DNA of 62,646 bases from Halocafeteria seosinensis (lineage: Eukaryota), in NCBI GenBank assembly GCA_001687465.1, contig LVLI01000873.1, forward strand, positions 1 through 62,646, written 5' to 3'. Positions 1-11,588 of the stretch are shown here, piece after piece. The position numbers and the translations under genes are program-made. A model generated the notes under the pieces. That model saw nothing but the letters and a program-made list of their open reading frames with translations. It made no database searches and was not told the origin of the DNA. Within the stretch, counting starts at the first letter, position 1; each line of letters opens with the position of its first letter.

Positions 1-735
1 AATTTATTTCTCTGTATTGTATTATTATTTTGTTTTGTTTTTTCTTTGCTCTGCTTAAATTCGTATGGCAGGAAGGTGTATCTCTTCACTTTAGAAATGA
101 AAAATGGACCTCATTCAATGTAAAATAATATGTGCTTTAGTTGTATCTCTCAAGATCGCTCTGCTTGTAAATACAGCCTCGTCTAGCTCATATGCTTATA
201 CCGTGTGCCGATTTTTTCGTCAGCTCACAGAGTAAAAGTCCTATCGAAAGCAAGAAAGAAGAAGTTTCCTAATGGGGAAGTTCACTCCGTGTCCGGGACC
301 CTGGATGGGCGGATTCAAGGAAATCATGGGTATACACAATACAGAATCATCAAACGCAGTTCCTTTATTTCACCGACGCACAGTGTAAACCCATTGCTCC
401 ACACATCTTCTATGTCGTGTGCGTCGGGTAGTACAATCCCTATTCGTGCAGCGTTGTTCATTGCAATTTCTTCTTTCTCAGGTTCATCGCACGATGCAGT
501 TTATGGATCCCCAAAACCGCATTGTGTGAGATGTTTAAAAAAAATGCCATTGCGTGTCAAAACGTGAACGTTGCCCAATAGCGTGTCAATTCCTGCGCTA
601 CCGGGCGTGGAGCCCGGATGTTTGGTCTACCTTTTTTGTAGTTTCCCACAAAGGGGAACCAAAGGGAAGCGATCGGACCGGATTGTCTAGGTATTACGCT
701 ACGTCTTTTCAGAGCCTTTATAGAGCATTTCAACG

Positions 736-1468
736 ATGGCGTCCAATAATTCAACTGACGGCTACGAAAGCCAGAAAGACCGCGTACGTGACTATGTGAC
801 TGGATTAGCCCGTCAGATGGGCATGGGCGATGAACTCGAGGAAGAAACAAGGGATGACATGGTCGATAAAGCGTATCAAGTGGACCAACGAGACAAGAAG
901 GACGCCCAAGCTCGCCTATGGAGGGACACAGACAACGATCGTCGGTTCCCGAATGTCAACCAGTCTCAGAACTGCTGGTATGTGGGAATTTGTGCTGCTC
1001 TGCCCAGTATCAGAACGGTGTTCGAATGTGACATCTCATGGTTTTGCTGCTTTTATACAGGACTGCCGTCAACGAATATCAGCTCTGTTCCAAGATTAAA
1101 GGCAACAAAAGACATCCAACTTGCTTGAAGCGAAGGAACGACTTCCTGAACTTGTGTCCGCTGGAATGGGTAAGTTCCGTGGCGCGCCTTCTCGCTCTCT
1201 GTGAAATTGGATTACATCTCATTGTCTTTGTACTGTCTTGTTGACCAGGTTGAGAGCTACCAGGACCAAATTGAAGAAGGTATGTTTAGGGAGCCACCTT
1301 GTTCGAGTGCTCATATCCCGAATCAGCCTACTGTACTATCTTTCTGTCGCGTGACCCGCAGGTACATTCATGGGAGTGGGTGATTTTCTGCACCCCGATG
1401 CTGTGGAGGAGGAAGAAGAAGAGGGAGACGACGAAGACGATAGCAGCGACTCGGAGGATGAGGAGTAG
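736..1468 (+). CDS. COX6B: Cytochrome c oxidase subunit 6B (4 exons: 736-977, 1061-1169, 1249-1279, 1362-1468)
   Basis: The spliced product contains DRRFPNVNQSQNCW-TAVNEYQLC...TCLKRRNDFLNLCPLEW-VESYQDQIEEG-TF. This gives the CX9C/CX10C twin motif and the RFPN..Q..CW signature of COX6B/COX12. Junctions are GT-AG and the C-tail is acidic. Confidence 0.9.
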
Positions 1469-1557
1469 AGTTTGCTTGGTTTAGCTGGGGTTGAGATAGT
1501 TTGAAAAATATACGCAGCACTAGCACTGTCTTTGCCTTATTTCTATTTTCTCTCATG

Positions 1558-3589
1558 TTAATCGCATGCAAGTTTATAGTCGAAAGACGATACGCAAATT
1601 CCAAACGCTTGCAGGGGTGATAGCGGCCATCTGACGTCCATCGTAAACAGATCCTGATAATGCAGAGATAGACAATTGTTCGAGTTTCGTCAACGTGTCA
1701 TTAGAGAAAAGGAGAGACAGACAACCCACCTTGGCGGTTCGACCGAACTGAAGAATCACTCTGTCATGATCTTCCGGTGTTACCAGCTGGAAGTTCTTGA
1801 CGGATGCCATAGTAACGCGACCGCTAAAGTTGAGCACATATGCACCGACATCTGCCCCATGATAGTCGCAAAAAAACGCATATTGGCGAATACAAACGTC
1901 ACTAATGATAGTAAAAGCTTACATTCATTCCATTTCGGTGGCTTATTCACCATTACGACCATGTCCTGAATATGACCATCTTTAAATAAATCAGCCATGG
2001 ATTCGTCATGTTCTCCCGGTCTGCAAGAAAGATATACAAAAAATACAAGTACCAGTAGCGTCAGTGAAGGTGAACTCCGTGCGGATGACACTAAAGGCGT
2101 ACTTAAACGGCACACGTTCATTGTTTCCAGGATCCACAACGGGGACAGCGGCTTTCATTTTTCTGGGACCCTTGGTCGAGAATAGATGGGAGGCATAGGT
2201 GACGACACCTAGCTCTTCTCGCACCTCTTCCGGATTTGAAGCCTTAGAAGGGTTTTGACCGTCATCGTAAACAATAAATTCGGTTCCCATAAGGTTGGAT
2301 CGTACCTGAATACCGATGCTAATAAAATTTTGAAAACAGCGATGCACGTCCCATGTACAAACTTACTTTCCCAAGAAAGTTCGGGCTATCTCGACTCATA
2401 TCTCCTTTATCCATAGACATCAAGTAGTTACTCGTTTTCTGTTTCGATCTCTTCTTTGCTGCAAGGAGAAATCGGTCATCATTCTGCGTTTGAAATAAAC
2501 GCCGTTTAAGTACGAGGAGGATATAGCTGGTCAACTTTGCTTTGTGAATAACGAACCTTCATGTAAAGATAGTATTCCGGATACATCCATTTTAACCCAG
2601 TCTTCTTCCGTTCAATATAGCACTGAACCACGCCAGCATCAATGGGTAGTGGTTTGGTGAGGAAACTTCTCATATCAGAGAAATCGAAGGGGTAATCAGG
2701 TACAACAGATTGCGTCGACTCGCTGGCATCACCTCTAGGCTGAATCGGTTGTTCGCCTTCCTTGTTAGCAGTATTCGACGACTGTCGACCAGTGTCCTGC
2801 GAGCGACTACCACGCGCACCAGAGGATGCTCCGTGAGTGGAGACGGATTCTGGGTTGGGGTCGTATGTGCTCTGAATATTCCGCTCATTCATAGCGCGCA
2901 CTGTTGGGCTGCTAGCTTGCTTTGGTTCCGGCCTACTGCTCTTACGAGACGCACGGTTTCGAAGGACATCTTCCACAGAAGGGGTTTCTGTCGACTGTGG
3001 TTCTTCTTCCTGCTTGGCGGGGGCCAACGAGGAACCGCCGCCTGAGCCAGCTGAGTTTTTCACGGGCGAACTAGGACCAGCTTGGCCTCCAGGACGCTGC
3101 TGCGGTGCTGAATATTGTGGAACAGTTCGGCCTCGCCCACCTCCGTAAGCTGAGCCTGCTTGTGCGTCCAGCGAGCTGTGTGGCTTAACGACACCTGCAG
3201 AGCCCAATCGGATGTACATACAACTAAATCTTTGCTAGAGCATGAAATCAGTCCCTGATACGCACCTCCAGCCATTCGATTACGGGTCTTATTCTTTTGT
3301 AGTTCGCGCTGGCGTTCGAGCATTTCCTGGCGAGAGCTCCCTCCGCCACCTCTAGCGCTCCCAGGAATGGTAGTTGAGCCAGCGGGGGCATCGTTGGTTT
3401 CCTCCTCCGCTTCTAAGATGTCTATATGAGGTCTCCCTGCATTAGGAGCAATATTAACGTGGTACTCAGTGTGAGACCGCCTTGAGCAGGTTTTCTGCTC
3501 CTCGAGACAGGGACCGTACCTCCTGTGGACGATGGCACTCGCCCATGTCGACTGTACGAGTTTCTACTGTAGGCCGACGTGGAAGCCAT
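1558..3589 (-). CDS. Tubby-like protein (multi-exon)
   Basis: Tubby-domain motifs occur across exons: [67 protein letters not shown], and [29 protein letters not shown]. The start [10 protein letters not shown] at 3589 was inferred from splice phase. Confidence 0.92.
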
Positions 3590-4031
3590 AGTCGACTAGT
3601 AACCAAGTTAACCTCGCGTTGACGCCACAATGGACGAGTATCCGGATTAAACGGCAGAACCAGGGGAGTGGAGATCTGCAAGCGAATCTTTCAAGTGCCA
3701 CAAATTCTGCCACTTCAACATTTACAGAGCCTAGCTCGTACGACAGAACGTCTGGCTCGTGTTATTCTTCCACCATACTGCGGAAACGACACTATATGAG
3801 CTACAGTATAGGGCATGGCCCCCCTCCCCCTTGTCGCGACATGCGAGTGCGAGTTCAAACGTCGCCATAAAGATTGTCTTGTTGAAGTTGAGGATGAGAC
3901 AGTGACACCAATGGTGGGCCCATACAAGGCCATTATAGCCTGTGATGCAACTGATTTGAGTGGTTCAGTCTCGACAGGTAGTGATTGGACCCAGTGGTCG
4001 TGGTGGCGACTCGAACTGAGACTCTGATACA

Positions 4032-7000
4032 ATGGGAAAGAAAGCGGCAGGGAAATCGTCCTCTCCGGCTTCGACAGCTCAGCACAAAACATCCTCTACA
4101 AAGGGCCGTCCCAAGCCCCATACAGCGAAAGACCATGTCGCTTTACAGCGTCAGACCAATGGAACTGCCGAGGGACGAAAAGGCGACAAGCGCACGCGAC
4201 GAGGTGAGAAACAGTCGTCGGATGAGGAGGACTTTTTGCGCAAGGGCGAAGGATTATTAGACGCAGATGAAGAGGAGGAATTTGGTTCGCGTAGTTCCGG
4301 GCAAGACGAGAGTGGAGAGGAAGGCGGTAGTAATCCGAACCATGACGAGGAGCAGGAATCGGGTGCCTCTGAAAGTGATGAAGATAACAACCTTGCCAAA
4401 GAGTTGGGGGGATATGAAAGCGATGATACCGATACTGTGCCAGATTTAGTCAATAGTTCGTCGGATGATGACGCGGATGAAGAAGGAGGGGAGGAGGAGG
4501 AACAGGAAGATTCGGATTCCTCTCTCGACGAAGAGGAAGAACGGGAACTCAAGAGTGGCACGGCAACCTCGCGTGCTAATGGTAACCAGGAACAACATCA
4601 TAGGAGTGAGCAAACCTCTTCTGAGCCAATAGTAGCTTACGGTCATGAAGGTGAAGGATACACTCGGACGCAAATGGAAGAGCATGTTGACAATCTTTCC
4701 AGTGATGACGAAGCTCCCGTGAATACTATCAAGAACGTGCCGAAGGAATGGTACAATGACTATGATCACATCGGCTACGACTTGGAAGGACAGCAGATAA
4801 CGAAAAAGGGCGGTCAAGATAGAATAAGCCATTTCTTGAAGTTGCAGGAAGACCCCAGTCATAAATGGACGGTTTATGACTCGGAAAATGATGAAGAAAT
4901 CACGCTTTCGAAACGTGACGTCCAAATCATCCGCCGCATGCAATCGGGTAATTACGGCCACCCAGGATTTAACGCTTATCCTGAGTACATTGATTATAAT
5001 ACTGGTACGTATCTTGCGGCTTGTCATGTTGCTGTTGATTAAGGACTCTCATACCGTTTGTAGTGGTTCAGGTGACCCTGAAATTCACCCGCTAAGTGAT
5101 CACCCTGAGCCTAAACGGCGTTTTGTACCATCGAAATGGGAACTAAGAAAGGTACGCTTGAAATTAAGGCGTATGGCTCTGCGAGTTCGAATATGAAATT
5201 GTGGTATCGTATTACGTATCATCGCAGGTGAATCGCATTGCCAAGCTAATTAAGGAAGGGAAATGGAAGAAGCAAGAGACCACGAAGAAGGAACCGGAAG
5301 TATACCTAATGTGGGGGGATGACGACAACGTTATCTCCGGTTCTGGTTCAAAGTAAGAAGTTTTGTGTTTGAATTACGCTGTACACTTCTCCAACCACTC
5401 CTTTCTGTTGTAATTCTACTCCCAGGAAGGGGCCGCCACACATTCCGGCACCGAAGCAGCGGCTTCCTGGCCACGCTGCGAGCTACAATCCTCCCAGTGA
5501 ATACCTATTTACACAAGAGGAGAAGGAAATGTGGGAGAAAACTGCTATCGATCGACGGCCTCTGGATTTCATTCCTCAGAAACACAGTGCTCTGCGACAT
5601 GTAGGGGTGTATCAGCCCTTAATTCAAGAACGGTTCCAACGGTGTCTCGACTTATATTTGTGCCCCCGGACTGAAAAGAAGAAATTGAATGTAACACCTG
5701 ACCAGCTTCTGCCGAAACTTCCTGACCCCTCCGAATTAAGGCCGTTCCCAACGGCAGTAGCGCTCAGGTTCGACGGCCATAAGGGTCGAGTCAGGAGCTT
5801 GTCTATATCACCGGATGGCCAATGGCTCGTATCCGCTGGGGACGACAAGACTGTGCGACTGTGGGAAGTAGAGACGGCCAGGCAAATAACCTTGTGGAGG
5901 CTAGAGCGGATACCTCATTTTGTCTCCTGGAATCCAAATCCGGAACTCCACGTTGTTGCAGTGGCCACCGGCAAGAAAATTGTCATTATTAACACTGGTA
6001 CAGCGCGTTCTGCAGAGCACGTGGAAAAGACGTTTAATTTGCTGAAGGGAAACCGCGCTGATGACAAACAGTCGGCGGAGGTTGTGACGTTAGAGGACGA
6101 CGCAACTTTGGATGAAGAGGAGGAGCCTGACGAAGAAGAATTGGAAAACACAGTTAGAGACGCCACAGAGGATTATAGTAACGGTCTCGATGGAAAGAAA
6201 AATACGTCAAAATGGGTTGAACACAAAATCGACTCACCTAGTTCTTTGAAGGGGATCAAGAGAAGTGGCGTAAAAATTGAGATTACTGTACATGCACACG
6301 TCAGGAGACTTGCATGGCATCGGAAGGGTGATTATATTGCTTCCGTGGCCCCACAAGCGCAGTCCGGTCCAATCATTATTCATCAAGTCTCGCGAAGGGT
6401 AAGCCAAAATCCGTTCGGCAAAAACAAAGGACAGGTACAACACGTGGCATTCCATCCGCTAAAACCGATTTTCTTCGTAGCCACCCAGGTGCGTTCTTCA
6501 TGAATTTGGCGTCGTTATGCATCCCTTCCTCTTAATTATTGCTTTGTGTCGTTTACAGAGAGCTATTAGAATGTACGATCTACTGGAACAGAAGCTCGTG
6601 CAAAAGTTGGAATCCACCGTGAAGTGGATCTCAACACTGGACATTCATCCGAATGGGAACCACGTCTTGGCTGGGTCATTTGACCGAAGGCTGGTGTGGT
6701 TTGATACAGAGATGTCGTCGAAGCCATTCCGCACTTTGAAGTACAATAAGGAGGCCGTAAGAAGCGCCAGCTATCACCCGAAGTACCCGCTTATGGCTTC
6801 AGCCAGCGATGATGGAAACGTTCATGTTTTCCATGCCAAAGTCTATGACGACTTCATACAGGTACGTGCATCGAACCATAGTCCATGAAGGGGTTGTGAA
6901 TAGTCGACGACACCGGTGGTACGTCTCACGCAGAATCCTCTTGTAGTCCCAGTAAAAATACTGAAAGCTCATGAAATCACCAAAGATGATTTAGGGTGCC

Positions 7001-7086
7001 TCGACTGCATTTGGCACCCGACACAACCGTGGTTATTTACGTCCGGTGCTGATCGCAGCATCAAACTTTACCATAACATTCCTTAA
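4032..7086 (+). CDS. BOP1: Ribosome biogenesis protein BOP1/Erb1 (multi-exon)
   Basis: Acidic N-terminus, then BOP1NT motifs ([73 protein letters not shown]) and C-terminal WD40 repeats ending [14 protein letters not shown]. Confidence 0.95.
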
Positions 7087-7686
7087 GCTGTATGCTGACA
7101 CGCGCTTTTGCGGGACCAGAATTGAGCGGAATGTTTTGGTTGGTTGTTGAGTGGGACACACGGCTGGCTCAAAAGCTTAGCAATTATGCTATGTGTCAAC
7201 TAAGTTGCAATGTACCGTATCCAGACTCGGAAGATTCCAGAGTTGTTCGAGCGTGCTTGGGGCCAAGGATTGTACCGCTGCTAGTTTTATGTACCGGTGT
7301 GATAGAGCCGTTGAAAATACAAGACAGACATCCTGCTAAACGCTACTTTTCTTGTCTAGTCTATGACTACGTTTCGAGCAAGTGTACGCGACTCGTTAAC
7401 TCGCTTCCTCCTTATTGTCATGAACTCGGGCTCCGAGCGTCATTGACTCGCCGGTCATATACTTAGTTTCACTAGTTGCGACGAATTACCTACTTCAGAA
7501 TTAATGCGCTATGTTCCAACAAATTGATTGGACTCTTCACAGTCGAGTTCACAAAACCTACCAGGATATTCAGTTCTGCGACTCGGGGAGAAATAGGGTA
7601 TTCTGCTTCAACGAATTGGATAGGTGTTCCTCGAAATTGGAAAGTTTCCCTTCGTCCACCTCATCATTCATTCATTCTTTACGACA

Positions 7687-9028
7687 ATGCCGCGTGTGTA
7701 CAGTAACTATGGTAAATGCGGTTTTCGGCCGTCCAGTGTAGATTGTCGAATAATCAAGAGAGCCTGCAAGAACGGCCAACTTGACGACCGGTCGAGGACT
7801 GTGTTGGATCGTTTCATGAACGCTCCCGGAGGCATTAATGGATTCGACATACAAGTGCGTGGGTGTCCATATGTCTTGTGACAGCTGTATTTCCTCCATT
7901 GGTGCATAATCCAACTCATTGCAGCACGGGGCAACACCGCTTCACATCGCAGCGAATGTTGGTGCTGCGAACGTCCTCTGCGACTTGATTGAACACTACA
8001 ACGCGGAGGTTAACGCGAAGGATGATGTAAGTTTCGAATCGAATGTTTACTACCACATCTAACTCGTATTGGCATTGTACTGAATGATTCCGGTTGCTGC
8101 AGGATGAATGGACGCCACTGCACTATGCAGTATACAGCGGAATGTTTGAAATTGTGTACTTGCTGGTCAACGATTACCAGGCCAACCGGCAGTCGACCAA
8201 TACAGTATGTCATGTCACAGCACAATCGCTGGATTTTAGCACCCTCCACTGTAAAGTCATGCTTCGCAGCTGGGGAACACACCGTCGGACTTGCTTGATG
8301 ATACAACACACGAGGACGCTGAGCAAATTCGTCTGTTTCTTCTGTACGGGGAAGAACCCCCCTCGAGTGCTTCTCGGTCAGTAACTAGTTTGATGCTCCC
8401 TCGAGAATGCTCAGGAGATTCGTGGGATAGTGATTTACCGACTTCAAAGTCGAGAACTTCCTTCGAACTTCCTGTACCGGAGGATCGGCCTGAATCAGTC
8501 TCGTCGGCATCAGCTGCTTCAATAGATCCAGCTGCCAGCTTCTGTGGCTCTGTGGGCACTGGAACAAGCAATCCTCCGGAGAAACATGACGGCCTCCTCA
8601 TTTCAGGCTCTGCAGCCTCGTCCTACTCAGGATCTGTGGGCAGGAGAAACAAGAAAACTTATCGAGCTACAAGTCACCATTCTACTCAGCGTCCAACACG
8701 TTCTCGTATGTCAGGAATTGTAAAGGAATTCAAGCAAGCACGTGCAGCAGTTAGTCAGCTCGTAGATTACTATAATCAGTGCGAGCAACCCATCAAAGAA
8801 GGTGACAAAAGCGAAGAAGACGAAACCGACAGTGATGATGACGGTACAAGTAGCAGTGGTAATGGGCAGAGCCATGCAAGTGACTCCGAGGACGAAGACT
8901 CAGATTCCACAAATGAAGCCAGCGACACAGATGATGAAGCAAGCGAGAAGGACGCCATGCAGCATAAACTAATAAGCTCGATTCCTTCCCTGTTGTCCAG
9001 GAGCCCCCATCAACCTACAAACGCGTAA
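7687..9028 (+). CDS. Ankyrin-repeat protein with Ser/acidic low-complexity C-terminus (4 exons)
   Basis: Ankyrin motifs HGATPLHIAA...VNAKDD, DEWTPLHYAVYSG and GNTPSDL lie on successive GT-AG-bounded exons. Confidence 0.8.
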
Positions 9029-9159
9029 GATTCAGAAGATTCCTCATTCCTTATTCGTGAAGAAACGTTATTGGAATGGCCTAAAGGTACAACACGTTCC
9101 CGGATAGATGCATGTAGTGCAGTAAGTGTGCTGGCATAGTCTGTGCCATCGGTGTCACC

Positions 9160-9308
9160 AGTAGTGTGTATTATTTATGGCCTACCGGCTAAGTGGGAAT
9201 GTAGTTGTAGTTCATGCTATTCCAATCTTAAGAGTCAAGGCCAACGGAAAGTATACAAGTAGTAGTGTGTATTATTTATGGCCTACCGGCTAAATGGAAG
9301 TGTAGTTG
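9160..9308. repeat. Imperfect 48-bp direct repeat, two copies (9160-9207 and 9261-9308)
   Basis: AGTAGTGTGTATTATTTATGGCCTACCGGCTAA is identical for 33 bp, followed by 3 mismatches in the next 15 bp. The period is 101 bp. Confidence 0.9.
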
Positions 9309-10207
9309 GGGGATCTTCACGCCGTCGAGTATACAACCTCTGGACCTGGCCGACCATGCGGAAGCTGCAGCATGTATGCAACAATGCCTTGGAAAATTCT
9401 TGTGCTTCCCTCAGTGGCGGTAGTCCGTCGTTTAAACAGAATCTGCACTCCCTAACTAGATTATGCATTTAAGTTTCCATTCTTGGGAAGTTGGTTAAAA
9501 TCTACCCCTGACAAAGACATTCCCTGGTAAACGCTCACAATAAATGAGAAGGCATTCACGTATGCCAGGAGTCAGCAAAAGGAAATGTAGCGTGCGGAAT
9601 TTCGTTTGCGGGGCGAATGCTGAACATGTTCATTGATATTTTATTCTACTTTCCAAACAAAGCACTGTTTCAATTGCCTACCTGCATTGCCTGGTAAACT
9701 GTTCGTCCATACGGACCCCGTTTGCACCGTAGTAGACCCTAAACGGGTAATAGGAGTATCCATACACCTCAATACGCGTTTGCTATGTCCTGTTCATTAC
9801 AGTAGTAAACCGCTCGGACCCACATAGAATTTCTCCCTCCTTTATTTATTTATCCTTCATTCGGTTACAAGTTTAAAGAAGTTTACTCCTGCACTTAGTG
9901 TACCAAAATGAACTTGAAGGTTAATCGAGCACTTCTTATTCCTTAAGTATTACCTCCCCTATCCGTCAGAAACACAACCTGAAGTAACCGCTTCCAAATT
10001 CTTTTCATGCAATGGTCCTTCGCACGTTTGTGGGCACGCATCCGTTTTACACTTCCTCGGTTGAACTTCTGTAGCATTCTGGAGGTTGAAGAAGGATTAA
10101 GGCAGAGCACCAGGACCACTTGGTGTTGATTTCTCGGTCATTCGTTGCATACTAATCATTGCCAACACTGTTATACGCTTGTATTCTACTCGTTGGAAGG
10201 GGGGAAT

Positions 10208-10681
10208 ATGGTGTATATACGGGAAGGTGCGTGAAACAGGGTCTTTCTCGCCCTCAATGGCCGACTGGGAACGCATTGAGTGGCGCTCTTTTGCAGGTTC
10301 TGTGCAGCCGAGGCGGTCAGCTGGTCGATGGTGCAGCTGCGATGCTGTGCGAGACTCTTTCTGGGGTCTGGTAAACTTTGTAGGATTATTTTTCTCAACG
10401 ATATTTAGCGTAAGTGAGAAGGGGAACAGAATGTTCCACCGCCAAGTGCGTTCAACGCGTGCACATTGTCTATTATGTGCCTACAGGATATAAATGATTC
10501 AACGTCAAACTCGAGAGTGGCTCAATTAGGCTCACAAGGAGCAGTGAAAGTGACGGGAAGAGGAAAAAAATTAGGAGGAAACGATCAACAAAGCCGATTC
10601 CGTGGCTCTGGAGGTGGCGGCGGATCGAATGTTAGAGGCATGGGCGATGTAAAGCCAGCCGGCGGAGGCGGCTGAGGTTAA
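10208..10681 (+). CDS. SELENOK: Selenoprotein K with UGA-encoded Sec at 10673-10675 (exons 10208-10226, 10297-10409, 10487-10681)
   Basis: Spliced product: MVYIREGSVQPRR...RDSFWGLVNFVGLFFSTIFS-DIND...Gly-rich...KPAGGGG-TGA-GGT-TAA. This matches the SelK layout: MVYI..G.V start, FWG..F..LFF membrane helix, Gly-rich tail, C-terminal GGUG. A SECIS lies downstream. Confidence 0.93.
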
Positions 10682-10698
10682 GCGGACAGTCCTCTGTT

Positions 10699-10700
<2 letters not shown>

Positions 10701-10740
<40 letters not shown>
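10701..10740. repeat. (CT)20 microsatellite in SelK 3' UTR
   Basis: 40 bp perfect CT run read directly from the sequence. Confidence 0.97.
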
Positions 10741-10743
<3 letters not shown>

Positions 10744-10896
10744 GAAAACTTATTTGTATGGCAGAAGGAGAACTCTATAGGAGCTTGAATTTCCTATGGT
10801 TGAGAGTAAACAAGACTGTCCCGGATAATCAGTGATTACCTGGTTGCTTTGTAACACGTATGGACGCAATGAAGCTTCCAGGATATTTTCTCTGTG

Positions 10897-10960
10897 TGTG
10901 CATGAATGACGCAGGTGAGGTAAACTATACTAATAGCCCTCACTTGCCGAGCAATGCACA
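10897..10960 (+). promoter_or_regulatory. Eukaryotic SECIS element, type II
   Basis: Lower helix TGTGCAT/ATGCACA; core ATGA (10906-10909) opposite GA (10949-10950); 10-bp upper helix GCAGGTGAGG/CCTCACTTGC; unpaired AAA (10922-10924); apical ministem CTAT/ATAG. It lies about 230 nt downstream of the in-frame UGA. Confidence 0.92.
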
Positions 10961-11588
10961 ATTGTGTTCACCGAGTTGGAGTTGCTACACAACACGTGGT
11001 CATGTAGTAATGCAGTTGCCGCGGGTCTTTTGCGTACATTCGGTGCAGAATACACTTTTTTAATAATGCTTGAAAGATTCATTGGGTTACGGAGTGCTGT
11101 TCATAATTGAAGTAGGGTGGTTTTGTATCACGTTGTACTGAAGTTTGTAGCCGTTGAAACTGAAAGTTGGGGAACTAGCACTTCATTCTTATCCTACCAT
11201 AAACGCAGTACGCCACCACCGTGGGACTTCGACACCCATACAATCCCGTTGTGCATATTCAGCTGTAATGGGAGTACTTCCCCTGATGTTGTCCAGTTCA
11301 TTAGGCGGGCCCCGCAGCAAGGAGACGACGAAGTTCTTTCTGGTCGCAGGGTCGCCTCTGAGGACGAGCGTCAGACTGTTCCGCGGAACCAGAGCACTCC
11401 ATTGAAAAGAGAAGTTATTTCCCTGGCTTGTTTGTTCTGTTGCAGTAGTATGGCACAATAGGAAGACGTAGCGAAAAACGAGAGAATATCTTGTTTCGTG
11501 CATTATTCTGCGTGTTCCGGTCTCCAGTTGAAGCAGAAGACTTTAGTCTTTTCTTGACCTTTCTCACGTTGCTTGTATACCCCCCGAT

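Noticed and set aside
205..567. ORF 205-567 and an intron-like segment on the opposite strand
   Set aside because: No family match and the spliced product would be only ~30 aa; context is limited by the window edge.
4151..5027. Long antisense and alternative-frame ORFs over real genes (here and throughout the track)
   Set aside because: These are shadow ORFs opposite low-complexity or biased coding sequence with no independent motifs.
9160..9308. CRISPR-like repeat-spacer-repeat
   Set aside because: Only two copies, no cas genes, and an intron-containing eukaryotic context.
10466..10675. ORF-track 69-aa ORF ending at TGA
   Set aside because: It is exon 3 of SelK; the TGA is best read as Sec and the true stop is TAA 10679-10681.
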